This document shows positions 45,924-57,800 of a DNA stretch of 64,000 bases, one piece after another (position 1 is the stretch's first letter; each line of letters opens with the position of its first letter). The DNA lies in NCBI RefSeq assembly GCF_964204865.1, contig NC_135253.1:16492001-16556000 (forward strand). The letters run 5' to 3'. The stretch comes from Styela clava. Its lineage: Eukaryota. Both the position numbers and the translations under genes were made by a program. The notes beneath the pieces are model-generated. The model was not told where the DNA came from and did no database searches. It saw only the letters and a list, made by a program, of their open reading frames with translations.

Positions 45924-48900
45924 TTAAACTCTGGCCAAAGTCTTTTTCAGATTAGGAGTTGTTTGGGTTGTGGCATCGTTCTTGGGTCGCTTCACTTTTC
46001 TTCTCCGTATGATTACTGGAAATGAAAGGTTTACTGGTATTTAATTATTGCCTCAATTTCGAATCGTGCAAAACGGATAGTCTTGCAACCTTAACCCTGA
46101 TTGGGACCGTAGAATATATGCATTATAATTTAAAAAAGATAGTGATGCTCAAAATATGGACACGAAGGCCAAAATGAAGTAGTATGGGTATGCAATCGGT
46201 CACAGTATACTACCGCCACAAGGTGCGCAATTTTTAACTTTGATGCCATAGCAAACAAAAAAACGAATTCCATTGAGCCCACAGACATTTATGAAATAAA
46301 TTAGGGTAATAGCCTTCTAGTGAAAAAACCCAATCTTTAACCACTCGGAATTTGAGATACAATAGTTTGGTTCAGTACAGAGAGCGATTCTTTTATAACA
46401 AAAAAAAATGAAGAAGAACAACAACATGCCAAAACGATTTATATGTACACTTCATGTCTAATGAATTAAGGGTGAAACAAACGATTTGCGAGCTGTCCTT
46501 CCAAAACAATCTTATTGGATACGAAGTGGACCTATGGATCGTTTTGTTATTCTCTTAAACTACGGGACCAAATGCTTTGAAAGTTTCAGTAGTTAAAGAT
46601 TGCATTTTTCGTTTTTTTTTTTGTGTGGGATGACGTCATCATCACCAAAATTACCCTCCTTGTGGCGATGCCGCCTTCGTATTAGCAATCTTGTGGTCAG
46701 GCGAAGTTGTGAACATTGCGATATTGATAGGCTACTGTGACAGAATAAATACCCATACTATATTTATGACTGTAAAATTTGACAATTAATTCATACATAA
46801 AATTGGTAAAAATAACCATGGTGGGAGCAGAATAAAACCATGCCTAATCTTGACCACATAAATACTACTGTTCCTCAAAAAGTTAAATCTTTTCCAATTA
46901 AAAAAAAAAATAAACAAACCTGGATGTTTCCCAGAGTACTTCCCACTCAAAGTATCTTCTTTACCCAAAACACTCTTGGTATGCAATGGTGCCATGGAAT
47001 AGCGAGATTTAGCGATTGAGGAACTGAAAAACAATAGATTTTTAATGTAAAAACAATCACTACGTAATGCATCAAATTAATTTTTATTTTAGTTTTACAT
47101 ACCTCTTAGAACTGCTTGCAATTTTCGTTGGAGATTTGATCAATGAATTTTTAGGATTTTTGCTTATTCTTGGACTACGTCTTGGGCTGGTAGTGTCAAA
47201 AGTTGAATCAACAACCTTTACATCTTCATCCGAGTTCTCTGAAGGCGTAGTTGTGAAATCATTTTCGTCATGTTTGATTATTTTTTGTGTCTGTTTTTTT
47301 AATTGTTTTTTTGAATTCCTCTTAATTGTCTTTTTTGGGGGTGAAACTTCTGCGCTGTCTGCTTCCTCATCTGCAGAAGAGTCATCATTAATAACAACAT
47401 TTTCATCAGAAGAACTTGATAAAACAGTCTTTTTAGTTACTTTTTGTGGACGTTTCCTTGCCGAGGTAGAAGTTTTAGTCAGCTTTCTGGACTTAGGTGC
47501 AACTTTCGGAGATGGTTCGCTAGGAGTGGATGAATTTATGTTCATTGCATCGTCCTCTGATGAGCTCGTAGTGTATTGTTTTCTCTTGGCTGGCGTACGT
47601 TTAGGACGTTTGTTGGGTAAATCATCTTCTTCCGACTGTGAGCTCTAACAGATTTGAGATTAATATTTTTTGTCGTAAGTCCATGCATTTCAAAAAGGAA
47701 AAAATCAACACCATCATGTTTTCAATTCTTATTAATTATCTTACCTTTGCTCGTGATTGTGTTGTTCGCTTCTTTTTGGCTGGTGTTGGCGTCTCATCAT
47801 TTTCAAAAGTTATTTTTGCTTTGAGTGAAACTCCCATTGATTTAAGGGCATCTTGAAAGTATTTTTTCAACACAGAATAATCTGGTTCATCTTCATAATC
47901 CATCTTTGAAACGTATTGAAGAAACTTTTCGATTTCAACAGCTGTTAGAAATGGTCATATATATATAATTACTAGATAGCATGAAAAAAATAATGAAATG
48001 CAATGAAATCAAAAGTATTTTATTATATGATCATCATGTCCATACGAATTGATAATTAGATTTATTATTCTAAATCCGTGGTTCCCAAAGTTGATAAACC
48101 GCAGGCCAAAATTAGAAGCTGAAGGATATTTGCGGGCCAGGAGAGGAGAGTGCACGCAGGGGGTCGATACCAGTGCCTGTACCTATAATTGAGATACTGA
48201 ACTGAATCGTTACGAATATGCTCATGCTTAAACTGTTATAATGATGTAACAATTGGTGGTATCTAGAAAACAAAGTGTTAAACTATGACACTCAAGTTTG
48301 GAGGGCCATATTAAATCGTTACGCGAGCCCTAATTGGCCAGTTTGGGAACCACTGTTCTAAATTCCTGAGTCTAGGAAGGAATATTCAGAATAGTTTCAG
48401 AAGTTTATCATTTTGATTTTTGAGCAAATAAAGTTTCAGAGTGTGAACAAAAAGGCCTTCATTCAAGTTATGAAAACTGTGAAAATGGAAGACCAATCTG
48501 ATCTTACTTCCATGCATTTTCAAATCCAAACTCATTGAATATGCCCAATGGGTATGAGTCAGTTTAGAATATATTTGGCAATTGGCATAATAGATCATTT
48601 GTTATTTGCCTCACTAAGGCTGATATTGATAGATGCCGACAATATCTGATTGCTGTTTTCAAATTTTCTAAATGAAGGTACATCACAAAAGCTGTAATGG
48701 TAAAGTTATAATTTTCTTTCACTAAATTCTAATATCAGGTGAACAAATGTTAATTTGAGAAACTTTATTAAAAAGTCATTGCAATTGGACATACCTTTCT
48801 TTGATTTTGCCTCTGGATAGACTGATAAAACAAATTGTTTTACATTATCCATATGTTTTATTTTTTCATCTCTCACGTAGTTCTTGTTGGTTAGATTATC

Positions 48901-51563
48901 TTCCCAAGGTAATTTTCCAGACACCCAGTGCAGTAAAACATATCCAAGTATTTCTAGATCTGATCGTCTTGAGGGAGCTGAAACGATAACACAGTTTGTC
49001 TTATATCATTTACCATCTCTAATCATTCTCAGATGCATGCTTTGAAATCTGGGAAAATGTACACTTGACGACCCTGGCACCGGGATGACAAGAAAATTTT
49101 ACTCTGTCTCCAGACCGCACGTTCTACTAAATTTTGACTCAATCAAATTCAATTTTCAGTTCAAAAACCCTGGCATTCACAAGCCTTTTATTAACTGCTG
49201 TGAAACTTCCTGTTTGAAATTTGACTTCAATTATCTCCAAAAAAAGTCTGAAAGTCACATCCGATTTTGACACCGAAGAAATATAAATTTAAACTCTCCT
49301 GACTTGGAAGAGTTTGGAAATATGTATCAGCTGTTGACTCCAATATCAAATCTGTTTCCACAGTCCTCATTCAATATAGAAGAATGCTTATAAAATTTGA
49401 AATCACTTCCACGAGTAAAAGAATTATATATATATATAAACATAAAGATATTGATACTGCCTCTCTTACCAACACCTCTGTGTGCATCTCTGCTTGTATA
49501 TTCAATGGTTCCATCATGAGCTTTTCTAGGATCTTCCAAATATGGTTTGTGTTTTCCATCAACAATATATCGAAAAGCAAGACCAAAATCTACTAAATAT
49601 ATCTGAAATGGAACAATAATTAACAAATTAGCTGGTTATGGTGATTGCCAATATAGAGAAGAAATATTAAACCATCCCAAACCTGATTTTGATCTTTATG
49701 CCCAACTAAAATATTTGCACCTTTCACATCTGCGTGTACATATTCATTTTCATGCATATATTGCAACGAATTCAGCTGTGAGATATAAAGACAAATAAAT
49801 AATTCTATTGTTAAAGATCATCAAAAAAGGCTACAGCATCCAGTTCAGTATTCAAATGTCAAATGTTTTTCATACGGGGAACCACATTGGTAATTCCTGG
49901 CTAATTAATTTCTTTGTGTAATGTTTAAATTAATTTATCTTATTTATAACATTGAAGCTGTAAGGGCTTAGGCAATTTAGTAATTTCAACACGTTCAGTT
50001 GAAAATCATGCTTTTGAAGGTTAATTTCCATTAAAAAAAACTGTGCCACCTAAAATATTCAATAGCTGTGATATCAGGCATGCAAAACAAGTAAAAGAAA
50101 AGTACGAACTATTCACTCAATGCATCAGAAAGAATTCATCTTACGAACCAGTTCAATAGCAAGTTGACAGACAGTAACACGAGAAAACTTTTTATCAGCT
50201 TTAAGCCAAAGATTGTGTAGATCACATCCATATCTTGGCATTACCATAAACCTTAGATTCTCCTTTCCATTTGCATGTAATCCGTGGGCAACATAAGCTG
50301 GGATTCCTACGTACGATAGGCGTGCTTTGTTTTTCCAAGTAGTCACTGTTGAACGTAAATAGGATCAGAAGCAGACAGAGATGATATTCACTTAAATATA
50401 ATTTTTTTCAAAACACACAATTAACACAAATTTTAAATACAAATTAACCCCTTCAAAACGACACATGCCCCCAAAGTCTCTCTGCAATTTAAAATTTATT
50501 GCAAGATAAATTGTGAAAAGACTTTATGGACACCATGTATTACGGATACTTACAGGACTCTTGCCTAGCAGCTCTCTGATAAAATGCTACCTCACAATAC
50601 AAAGGACCATTGCCGTGAGGTTCCTGGAAAATTGAGATACACACATATAAAACTAACCCTCAAAACAGTAAGGAATATTAAATATTGAACAGTTGATAAT
50701 GATTAGGTACCAATAAAAACCGCCAATAATTTATATTTATAATTTTGCAATAAATGAAACTTGAATTCGCTGAATCACACAAAGCATACTTTTCCTTCAA
50801 AACTATCACCCGAAAGCTGTGTATTAGATGAGTTTGAGCACTTTACCCAAATCAGCGTGGTTCACTCCATTCCATGGCAAATTAGGTTATCATGATACCA
50901 GAAGGGACGCTTTTGGCAATACTTAGGTTTATTAATCAAATTTAAGTAAGGTAAAATTCCACATACCACTTTTATCACATAGTTTGCTTTATCTTTTCCG
51001 ATACATTTTTTGTCTTCATCAGCTGTATAAAAGAAAACATCAATCAATTAGTACTTGTATGTCAATATGAAATAACAAATTCAATTGCTTAAATTAAATA
51101 TTTGGACATATTGTAATCAACAGATGGAAACTTCCTAATTTAATTCAAATCACATAGAAACAAATATTACAAGAAACTTTTCTGTTGTTTAAAAAACTTA
51201 ATTATTTTCAAACAGCAGGGCCTTTACACTGTAACAAATGCGAAATTAATTAAGCTTTTTCATGTAATTTACTCAATTTTCGAACAGAGCATGTAAAAAA
51301 GAGAAAATTACATCATTTCGAATAACGTTTGACAAATAATATTATTTTTTTCATCAATACTAACATTTCGCCATTTTTTTCCACGTATAGATTATAATGA
51401 TATTATTACCTAAGTAAATGAGTCCAAATCCTCCAGAACCAATTGGTTCTCCAAGATACCATAACTTTTTTCTCAAATCTTTTAATTCAGTTCCTTTTGC
51501 TATTGTTGTTGCAAGTTGGTAGTTTGTTGCAGCTTTACCACGGCCTTTACCTTTTGCAGGCAT
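45924..51563 (-). CDS. VRK1: Vaccinia-related kinase (VRK1/2-like, CK1 group) with long basic/acidic tail
   Basis: Exons 51563-51410 ([11 protein letters not shown]), 51022-50967, 50623-50554 ([11 protein letters not shown]), 50345-50149, 49775-49683 ([16 protein letters not shown]), 49602-49470 (YLVDFGLA...[13 protein letters not shown]), 48977-48795 ([12 protein letters not shown]), 47941-47745, 47644-47103, 47023-46920, 46015-45924. The last two exons are less certain. Confidence 0.92.
48076..48355. mobile_element. hAT MITE in a VRK1 intron
   Basis: TIR CCGTGGTTCCCAAA / TTTGGGAACCACTG; exact TSD TTCTAAAT. Confidence 0.9.
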
Positions 51564-52194
51564 GGTGGTATTCTATCGATTATTATTTATTCCTTTCTTA
51601 TATAGCATACATTAGTAAGTATTATTGAAGTTAACTAATTTAAATATAAATAACAATTGTTAACACAAAAAGTTTTGTCAGATAATTAAAGAAAATTCCC
51701 ACATTGTCACACACAAGTGAAATATTGCACAATGTAAGACAACGTTGGGCTGTTTATATATCTAATCACTTGTAATTTACGAACATAATGGTGGCAGAAA
51801 ATTGCACTAATATGATAAAATAAAAACAATCTTTAATTTTCATATATATTGAATACTAATTCTCATTTATTTATTTCTCCAATAGCTATGGACGGTGTAT
51901 GTCAAGGCGTTGTGCTCTACAAAACTATCATAAAAATATAGTAAAATAAGTAGATTCAAGTATAAAATTATGTTACTCATAAAATCAACACAAATAATTT
52001 GAATTACACCTGCCAATACTTCGGCACAAAACTGTCTAGGATTTATAATGGTTATTTCAGATGAGTATCATACATTTTTTGATGAGTTTTTGTGACCTCG
52101 GTACCCACTTATTAAGTTCACAATCGCAATTAAGAATGACAAGTCAAAAACATAACACTGATATTTTAATTAAATTAAAAGAATTCAATAATAG

Positions 52195-53067
52195 TTAAAG
52201 AGAAGCTTGACAGTTGTGCCAGAAGTCACCCTCCTTTAGGCCAACTTTGTTTTCTTTCAGCAGTTTCCTCAGATGATTGTTAACATTGATATCAGCTGGG
52301 CCATAAAGATGTTCTGGTATATCGTATATAATTTTCACAATGTCAAGGCTTTTGAGGGGCCCAGACGAATCTTTCAGAGCTGATATTATTTGGCTTTCCC
52401 TTTCATTCCTGTGGCTGATGTAATATTGAACATATTCTATTGGATTCTCAAGAACTGGGCCATGACCGGGGTATATTTTTCCAGGTTTAAGACTCAAAAT
52501 GAAATCGAGAGACTTCATGTAGTCATAAAGATCTTCAAAAACAGCAGTGCCTTCACCGAGCACACAATCACCAGAAAACACATTATTTTCCTCAATTAAC
52601 TGAAGTATAATATGGTCATCTGTATGGCCAGGTGTATGGTATACTTTCAATGTTGCACCTTCTGTATTTATTGTTGAAGCATTTTCAACAAAAGAATATT
52701 TAGAATCAGTGTTTGGAGGTGTTTCACTTTCCCAGCCATCAATACCTCGCCCGAATTTATATAGCGGAACATTTTGTCCACTAGAAATAACATCCCTTTC
52801 AATGTCAGCTATACCCCCGATATGATCCATATGATAATGAGTAAGAACAATTCCTTCAATACTGACGTTAAATTTTTTCAAAGTAGACTTCAAATTTGAA
52901 ATGTAATCAGGCACACTTGGATTACCAGTATCGATTAAAATACGTTTTCTGCCAGTGCCAACAATGTAAGTGTTTGTGCCCTGTAAAGTCATTGGAGACG
53001 GATTGCATCCCAGAACACGAATTACTCTGCTTGACAGTTGCTCAATCTTAGGTATGACTGAAGACAT
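52195..53067 (-). CDS. LACTB2: Metallo-beta-lactamase-fold endoribonuclease LACTB2, intronless
   Basis: 290-aa ORF with RVLGCNPSPMTLQGTNTY, THYHMDHIGG, TPGHTDDH, FSGDCVLGEGTAVFEDLYDYMKSL and YPGHGP. Confidence 0.96.
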   Translation of the reverse strand: MSSVIPKIEQLSSRVIRVLGCNPSPMTLQGTNTYIVGTGRKRILIDTGNPSVPDYISNLKSTLKKFNVSIEGIVLTHYHMDHIGGIADIERDVISSGQNVPLYKFGRGIDGWESETPPNTDSKYSFVENASTINTEGATLKVYHTPGHTDDHIILQLIEENNVFSGDCVLGEGTAVFEDLYDYMKSLDFILSLKPGKIYPGHGPVLENPIEYVQYYISHRNERESQIISALKDSSGPLKSLDIVKIIYDIPEHLYGPADINVNNHLRKLLKENKVGLKEGDFWHNCQASL

Positions 53068-54880
53068 TTTTTATTATCTTTTATACAGTATGATTCTGTT
53101 TTACCATATACAGTAATATTTGTATACCTTAAATGAAAAAGAAGAATTACCCGATAACAGAAATATGGTAAATTGGTAATTAATCATCCATATCTACATA
53201 TTGCTGTATTGTATTCAATGTATTGGTTGTAATATTTAAGGTCATATAAAATATAATAACACTTGGGCTTTGCAGTTTCGTGTGGAAATCATATAAAATT
53301 TCAAAATATTCAACTGATTCCCAAATTTAAAATCTTTTTTAAAAATTGTAACATATATGTTAGCTGCTTGTGTATAAATTTAAAAACTTGGATCAATATA
53401 TAAGAGACAAGAGGTCAGGAGGCGGATTAATATAACCTTATGGTGCCCTAATCCCTTAGATATACACTAACAAAATAAAAACAGAAAACTGGTTATTCTA
53501 TTGGCAGACTGGCATTTCTGTTTAAACAATAAACCGAGTCATATATCAGTATAATGTATATACAGATATAAAGTACTTTTGAGCTTATATTTTTTTCTAT
53601 CAGTAATATCTGAATATTTCCACTATAAGCAAAGGTCTAAGACCTTGCTTGAATCAAGCTCATATTGCAGTACCGGTACTGTCTTATAAAACATAACCAT
53701 GAGGCTGTGAGGCAGTAAGGAAATGAACTGAACGACATTTCACACCATCCTCTTTTTCGGAATTTGTTACAAGTGAACATGTCACTGTTTTTTGAGAACG
53801 TTGAATTTACCGCGGCCTGTCCGACCGCTAGCAAATTACAAAATTATAGATATGTAAATCTGTCCGGCCTCTAGCAAATTACAAAATTATAGATGGGTAA
53901 AATACTAAAATACCCGGTACTGGTACCGTACCGGTATAGGCCATAAGAATGAGTTAAAATAACTTGACCCCTTTGCGGCTGTGGCTTCAGTTGACGACTG
54001 CACGGATATAATGTAAACAGACTCATACAGACGATTTATGACAGTTTTAAAAAAAATGTAACTAGGTGCCGAGTCGACAGCTCCTTGCTTCTGTGCTTTG
54101 TATCGCTGATACAGACGGATTTGCACCATTTGGCGCCGAAAACCAGTGACGCATAGCTCGTTTATCACCGATCATTTGAAACCAGGGGTACATAAATGAA
54201 TATCGGTAACTTAATGGAATATTAACGAAAAAATTAATTTAAAAACAAGAGGGTGGTACTACTAACATTAAAGGGTAAAATAAATATGTTATATAAAGGC
54301 TACTATAAAAACTTCCATCCGCTATTTCATTCATATTACTGTATCATCTCAACGACTAGTTTCGATTATACTTTTGAAAAAAATGACAAAAGTTTTGGCA
54401 ATTGCTACGTATTTGTCACGTGGTTCTGTCTGCTTTAAGCAGTCGGTCGCCTTGGTGACGTATTCTGTGTTATTGTTTAATGGAAATCCCCTCACTGCCT
54501 TGCATGTTGTTTATGTATCCAATGGTGCAATATGAGTAAAATTTGTACACAATATCATGTATTCATTTACTGTGCCGTAATAACTGTAATGAGGTTAGGT
54601 ATACAATAGATGAGGTATAATGGCAGGGTTGCCTTTACTTATTCCCGTCAAATTCATTTCTTTTTTTGCTTGTCCAGCGCTCTTATGAATGAAGTTGATG
54701 TAGCTAATACATAGTTTGACATATTAAAAGTCCAAAATAGACAATAAATAATAGTGTTGAAGCTAGTCATATTTGACATCATAATTGTAGATTTTTTTAT
54801 GTGAACAATAGGCATATGATTGTAACTATCTACTGTTCCTTCATCTCAGTATTTGTGTAGTAGGTAGTACACCAAAATTG
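53068..54880. promoter_or_regulatory. Divergent promoter region LACTB2/TBC-like gene
   Basis: Head-to-head starts 1.8 kb apart, CpG-containing patch ~53800-54170, GTACC clusters. Confidence 0.5.
53828..53901. repeat. Short direct repeat (43-bp period) between the divergent LACTB2 and TBC-like genes
   Basis: CTAGCAAATTACAAAATTATAGAT occurs at 53828 and 53871. Confidence 0.85.
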
Positions 54881-57800
54881 ATGGTATCGTGGATTGAAGA
54901 CCTTGCTTTAAGCCAGGTCCCCACACAATGTGGAATGAAGAAGGTAGGCAATAGCGAAAATGAAACGATTCTGATCTTTGCAAAAATAGTAGTATTTACA
55001 TTTCATTGGATTCTTCTTCTTTGTTTTCAATGATGAAATTTTGTTTTGATCAGTCCGATTAAAATGTTTTGCCCAAGCTTGCTTTTCTTTATATGCTGTT
55101 ATATATATATGAATATATTCAGTTGATTTATTGATATATCCAGCTAGCTTTGCTTATTATTTGTTGGTAATGTTTGTTGTATCTTGTTTTATCAATCGAA
55201 CGCCAAAAAATATATTTTCCAATTTCAAGAAAATATTTATATAGATAGATCATGCTATTTTCTTCTATTTAATTATTAACTTCTTCATATAAAAAAAAAT
55301 TACAAGTTTTTGGAACATTAAATGTCTATAATCAATATTTGTTCTTGCCCATCAAGTTTTATTTGCTTTGGATTGTAAGACTTAAGAATCCTGTAATGTC
55401 TGTAAATCATGAATGTTTACAAAGTTTCAATTTTCTGTTTGCATTTTAACTTCATTTCAATTTTTCAATGTATTTAAACAGAATGTGGCAAGCTAGTATT
55501 TTTTATGATATATTTACAACATCTGTGATAAAGATCAGAAATGTTTTATGAATCAGTATTTACTGTTTAAATTTCTTTCAAACTTTTTTACAATTGGTTT
55601 ATTTGTTTCAACTTTGATAGACAATGTCACAACTCATTCAAATACGAAGTTATACTAGATCAAGTTCTGTTGGAAAAAAGGTTCAACATAGAATACTTAA
55701 AACAGTTGGAGCGAGCAATTAACTACACTTTCATTGACATTGAAACTTCTTCAAGTGGAGCTGTTGGAAAGCAAGTTCATATTCGCAGCATTTTTTATGT
55801 TATATTCATTGTTTCAACCAAGACATTCTTAAAAAGTTGAAAAACATAATTTTTTTTATGATACGTTTTCACTTAAATTAAAGCTCTACAAGTCACAACT
55901 ACCTGTATGTACAGAACTACTATTTTAGAAAGATGTCAGATTTTGAGGTTGTTATGCCAACATAGTGAAAGCGATTTAATGCCATTTGCTTTCGCTTGTT
56001 GCGGCCTTCTCATTTTATTAAAATCTTTCTCTGAGATTCACTTGTGAACTGATCCACTTTATGTTGCATCTTTAAGGTTCATCCTATCTTGTTTTTCTTT
56101 TCAACAGTTTATATGGCTCAGTTCAGGATTTATTGAATAATTTGGATCAGATTGAGATTTGCACTATGGACAAATATTCGGGACTTCCAAACTGGGTCCA
56201 GAAATCTAAAAAGTCTTTGAAACAAACTCAGGTCAGTATGCGCCGAATCAAGTTTTCTCGCTTCAATTGTGATTAAACTACTCAAACCACTTTTACAATA
56301 TCTTGGAAACTATATTTTCTCAATCTTGTTTACACTCTTCATTGACAGGAATGGCAAACCTATATGATGAAGTTATATGATCTTGTTCATCATCAAATGC
56401 ATGAAATGGGAGTCAGTTCATTTAATGATTTAGCACCACCAGAAAGGAATCTCCTACTACAAAGGGCATTTCAAGCACTGAAAAAAGGTATTCAATCATC
56501 TTTGTTTGCAACACTGGTTGTCAGCTATCATTTTTTCAAACTAATCCCATCAGGAAGATACAATTATATAGTATTACTAAGTTTTAAGTTGAGTTTTCAG
56601 GTGAAAGTGAATCTCATTTTTTCAAGGCTGGTCAACAATCTATCTCTATTAATTTTTATCTCGCATTGAATTTATTTGTTATTTATTCTTTCAAATAACT
56701 ATGTTTCGGAATGATTAATAATATCTATTTCAATTAGGTATATTGCTTCATTCATGTCAGTAAATTGTCCATTGGCAGATAAAAAACCATTGATAAAAAT
56801 GGCAGATCAAATTCTTTTCGAATTGCTATCTTTAAATCTGGGTGCTAAATTCCACAGTTTTAGAATATTATTGAATAATAATAAAATAAAATTTTAATTA
56901 TACCTCTTTCAGGTGAAGCATATTTTCAACTTCTTCAAGCTGCATCAGAATCATTAGATGAGAATATTAGCCAAGAAGCAAACAAACTATCAACAACCAA
57001 ACAACAGAATAAAACAAAGATGGAAATATTGCAAGATGAATGCCATAAGGCTGTTGTAAGTTCTAACAATATATTCTAGTTGAAACAATGTTGATGGTTG
57101 TTCTCTGCAGGACTGTGAAGTATAGCAAAATTTATAGATTCCTGATTAAAGAAAATGACTCCTACTTGGCTCATGGAAATGGGAATTCTAACTCTGACTC
57201 GAGCTCTAAAGCCCCCAAAACAACATTAAGACCAGTGGTTGGCAAACTTTATGTACTACTGGGCTAAATGTGCATATTGACGGTAGCATGCAGGCAGTAG
57301 ACCCTAAAGCAGGGGTCGGGAACCCATGGCTCGCGAGCCATATATGGCTCTTTTGGTGACGGCATATGGCTCCCAGAAAAATCTAATATTCTAAGACTAA
57401 GCTTAGGCTACTATTGTTACGAGATTTCAAACACCTTTATAGCCAATTTTGGCAGGAAATTCCCAATACGTTTGAGAACGCGCGCCCAGCACATGTCTAT
57501 GTTATGTAAGATAATCACCAGACAGGCATTGTGACAAACAAGGGGAGTCTGGAACATATATTGTGACATCACAAAGCGATATAGTTTTAAAAACACTACG
57601 GAGATGCCTAAACGAAAAAGGGTGATGAGTATTGTAGATTTCAACTTGGGCTGCATGTGAGCAACCGTTCAAGGCCCGCAGCGACTACATGCAGCATCAG
57701 AAATCACAATAAATGTATATTGACATTGTATGTGTTGACTTTTGAGTAAACATTTCAGGCCTGATTAAGTGAAGAAATGTTATATGGCTTGCACGGAAAT

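Noticed and set aside
47067-47648. 193-aa plus-strand ORF
   Set aside because: Antisense shadow of the VRK1 tail exon.
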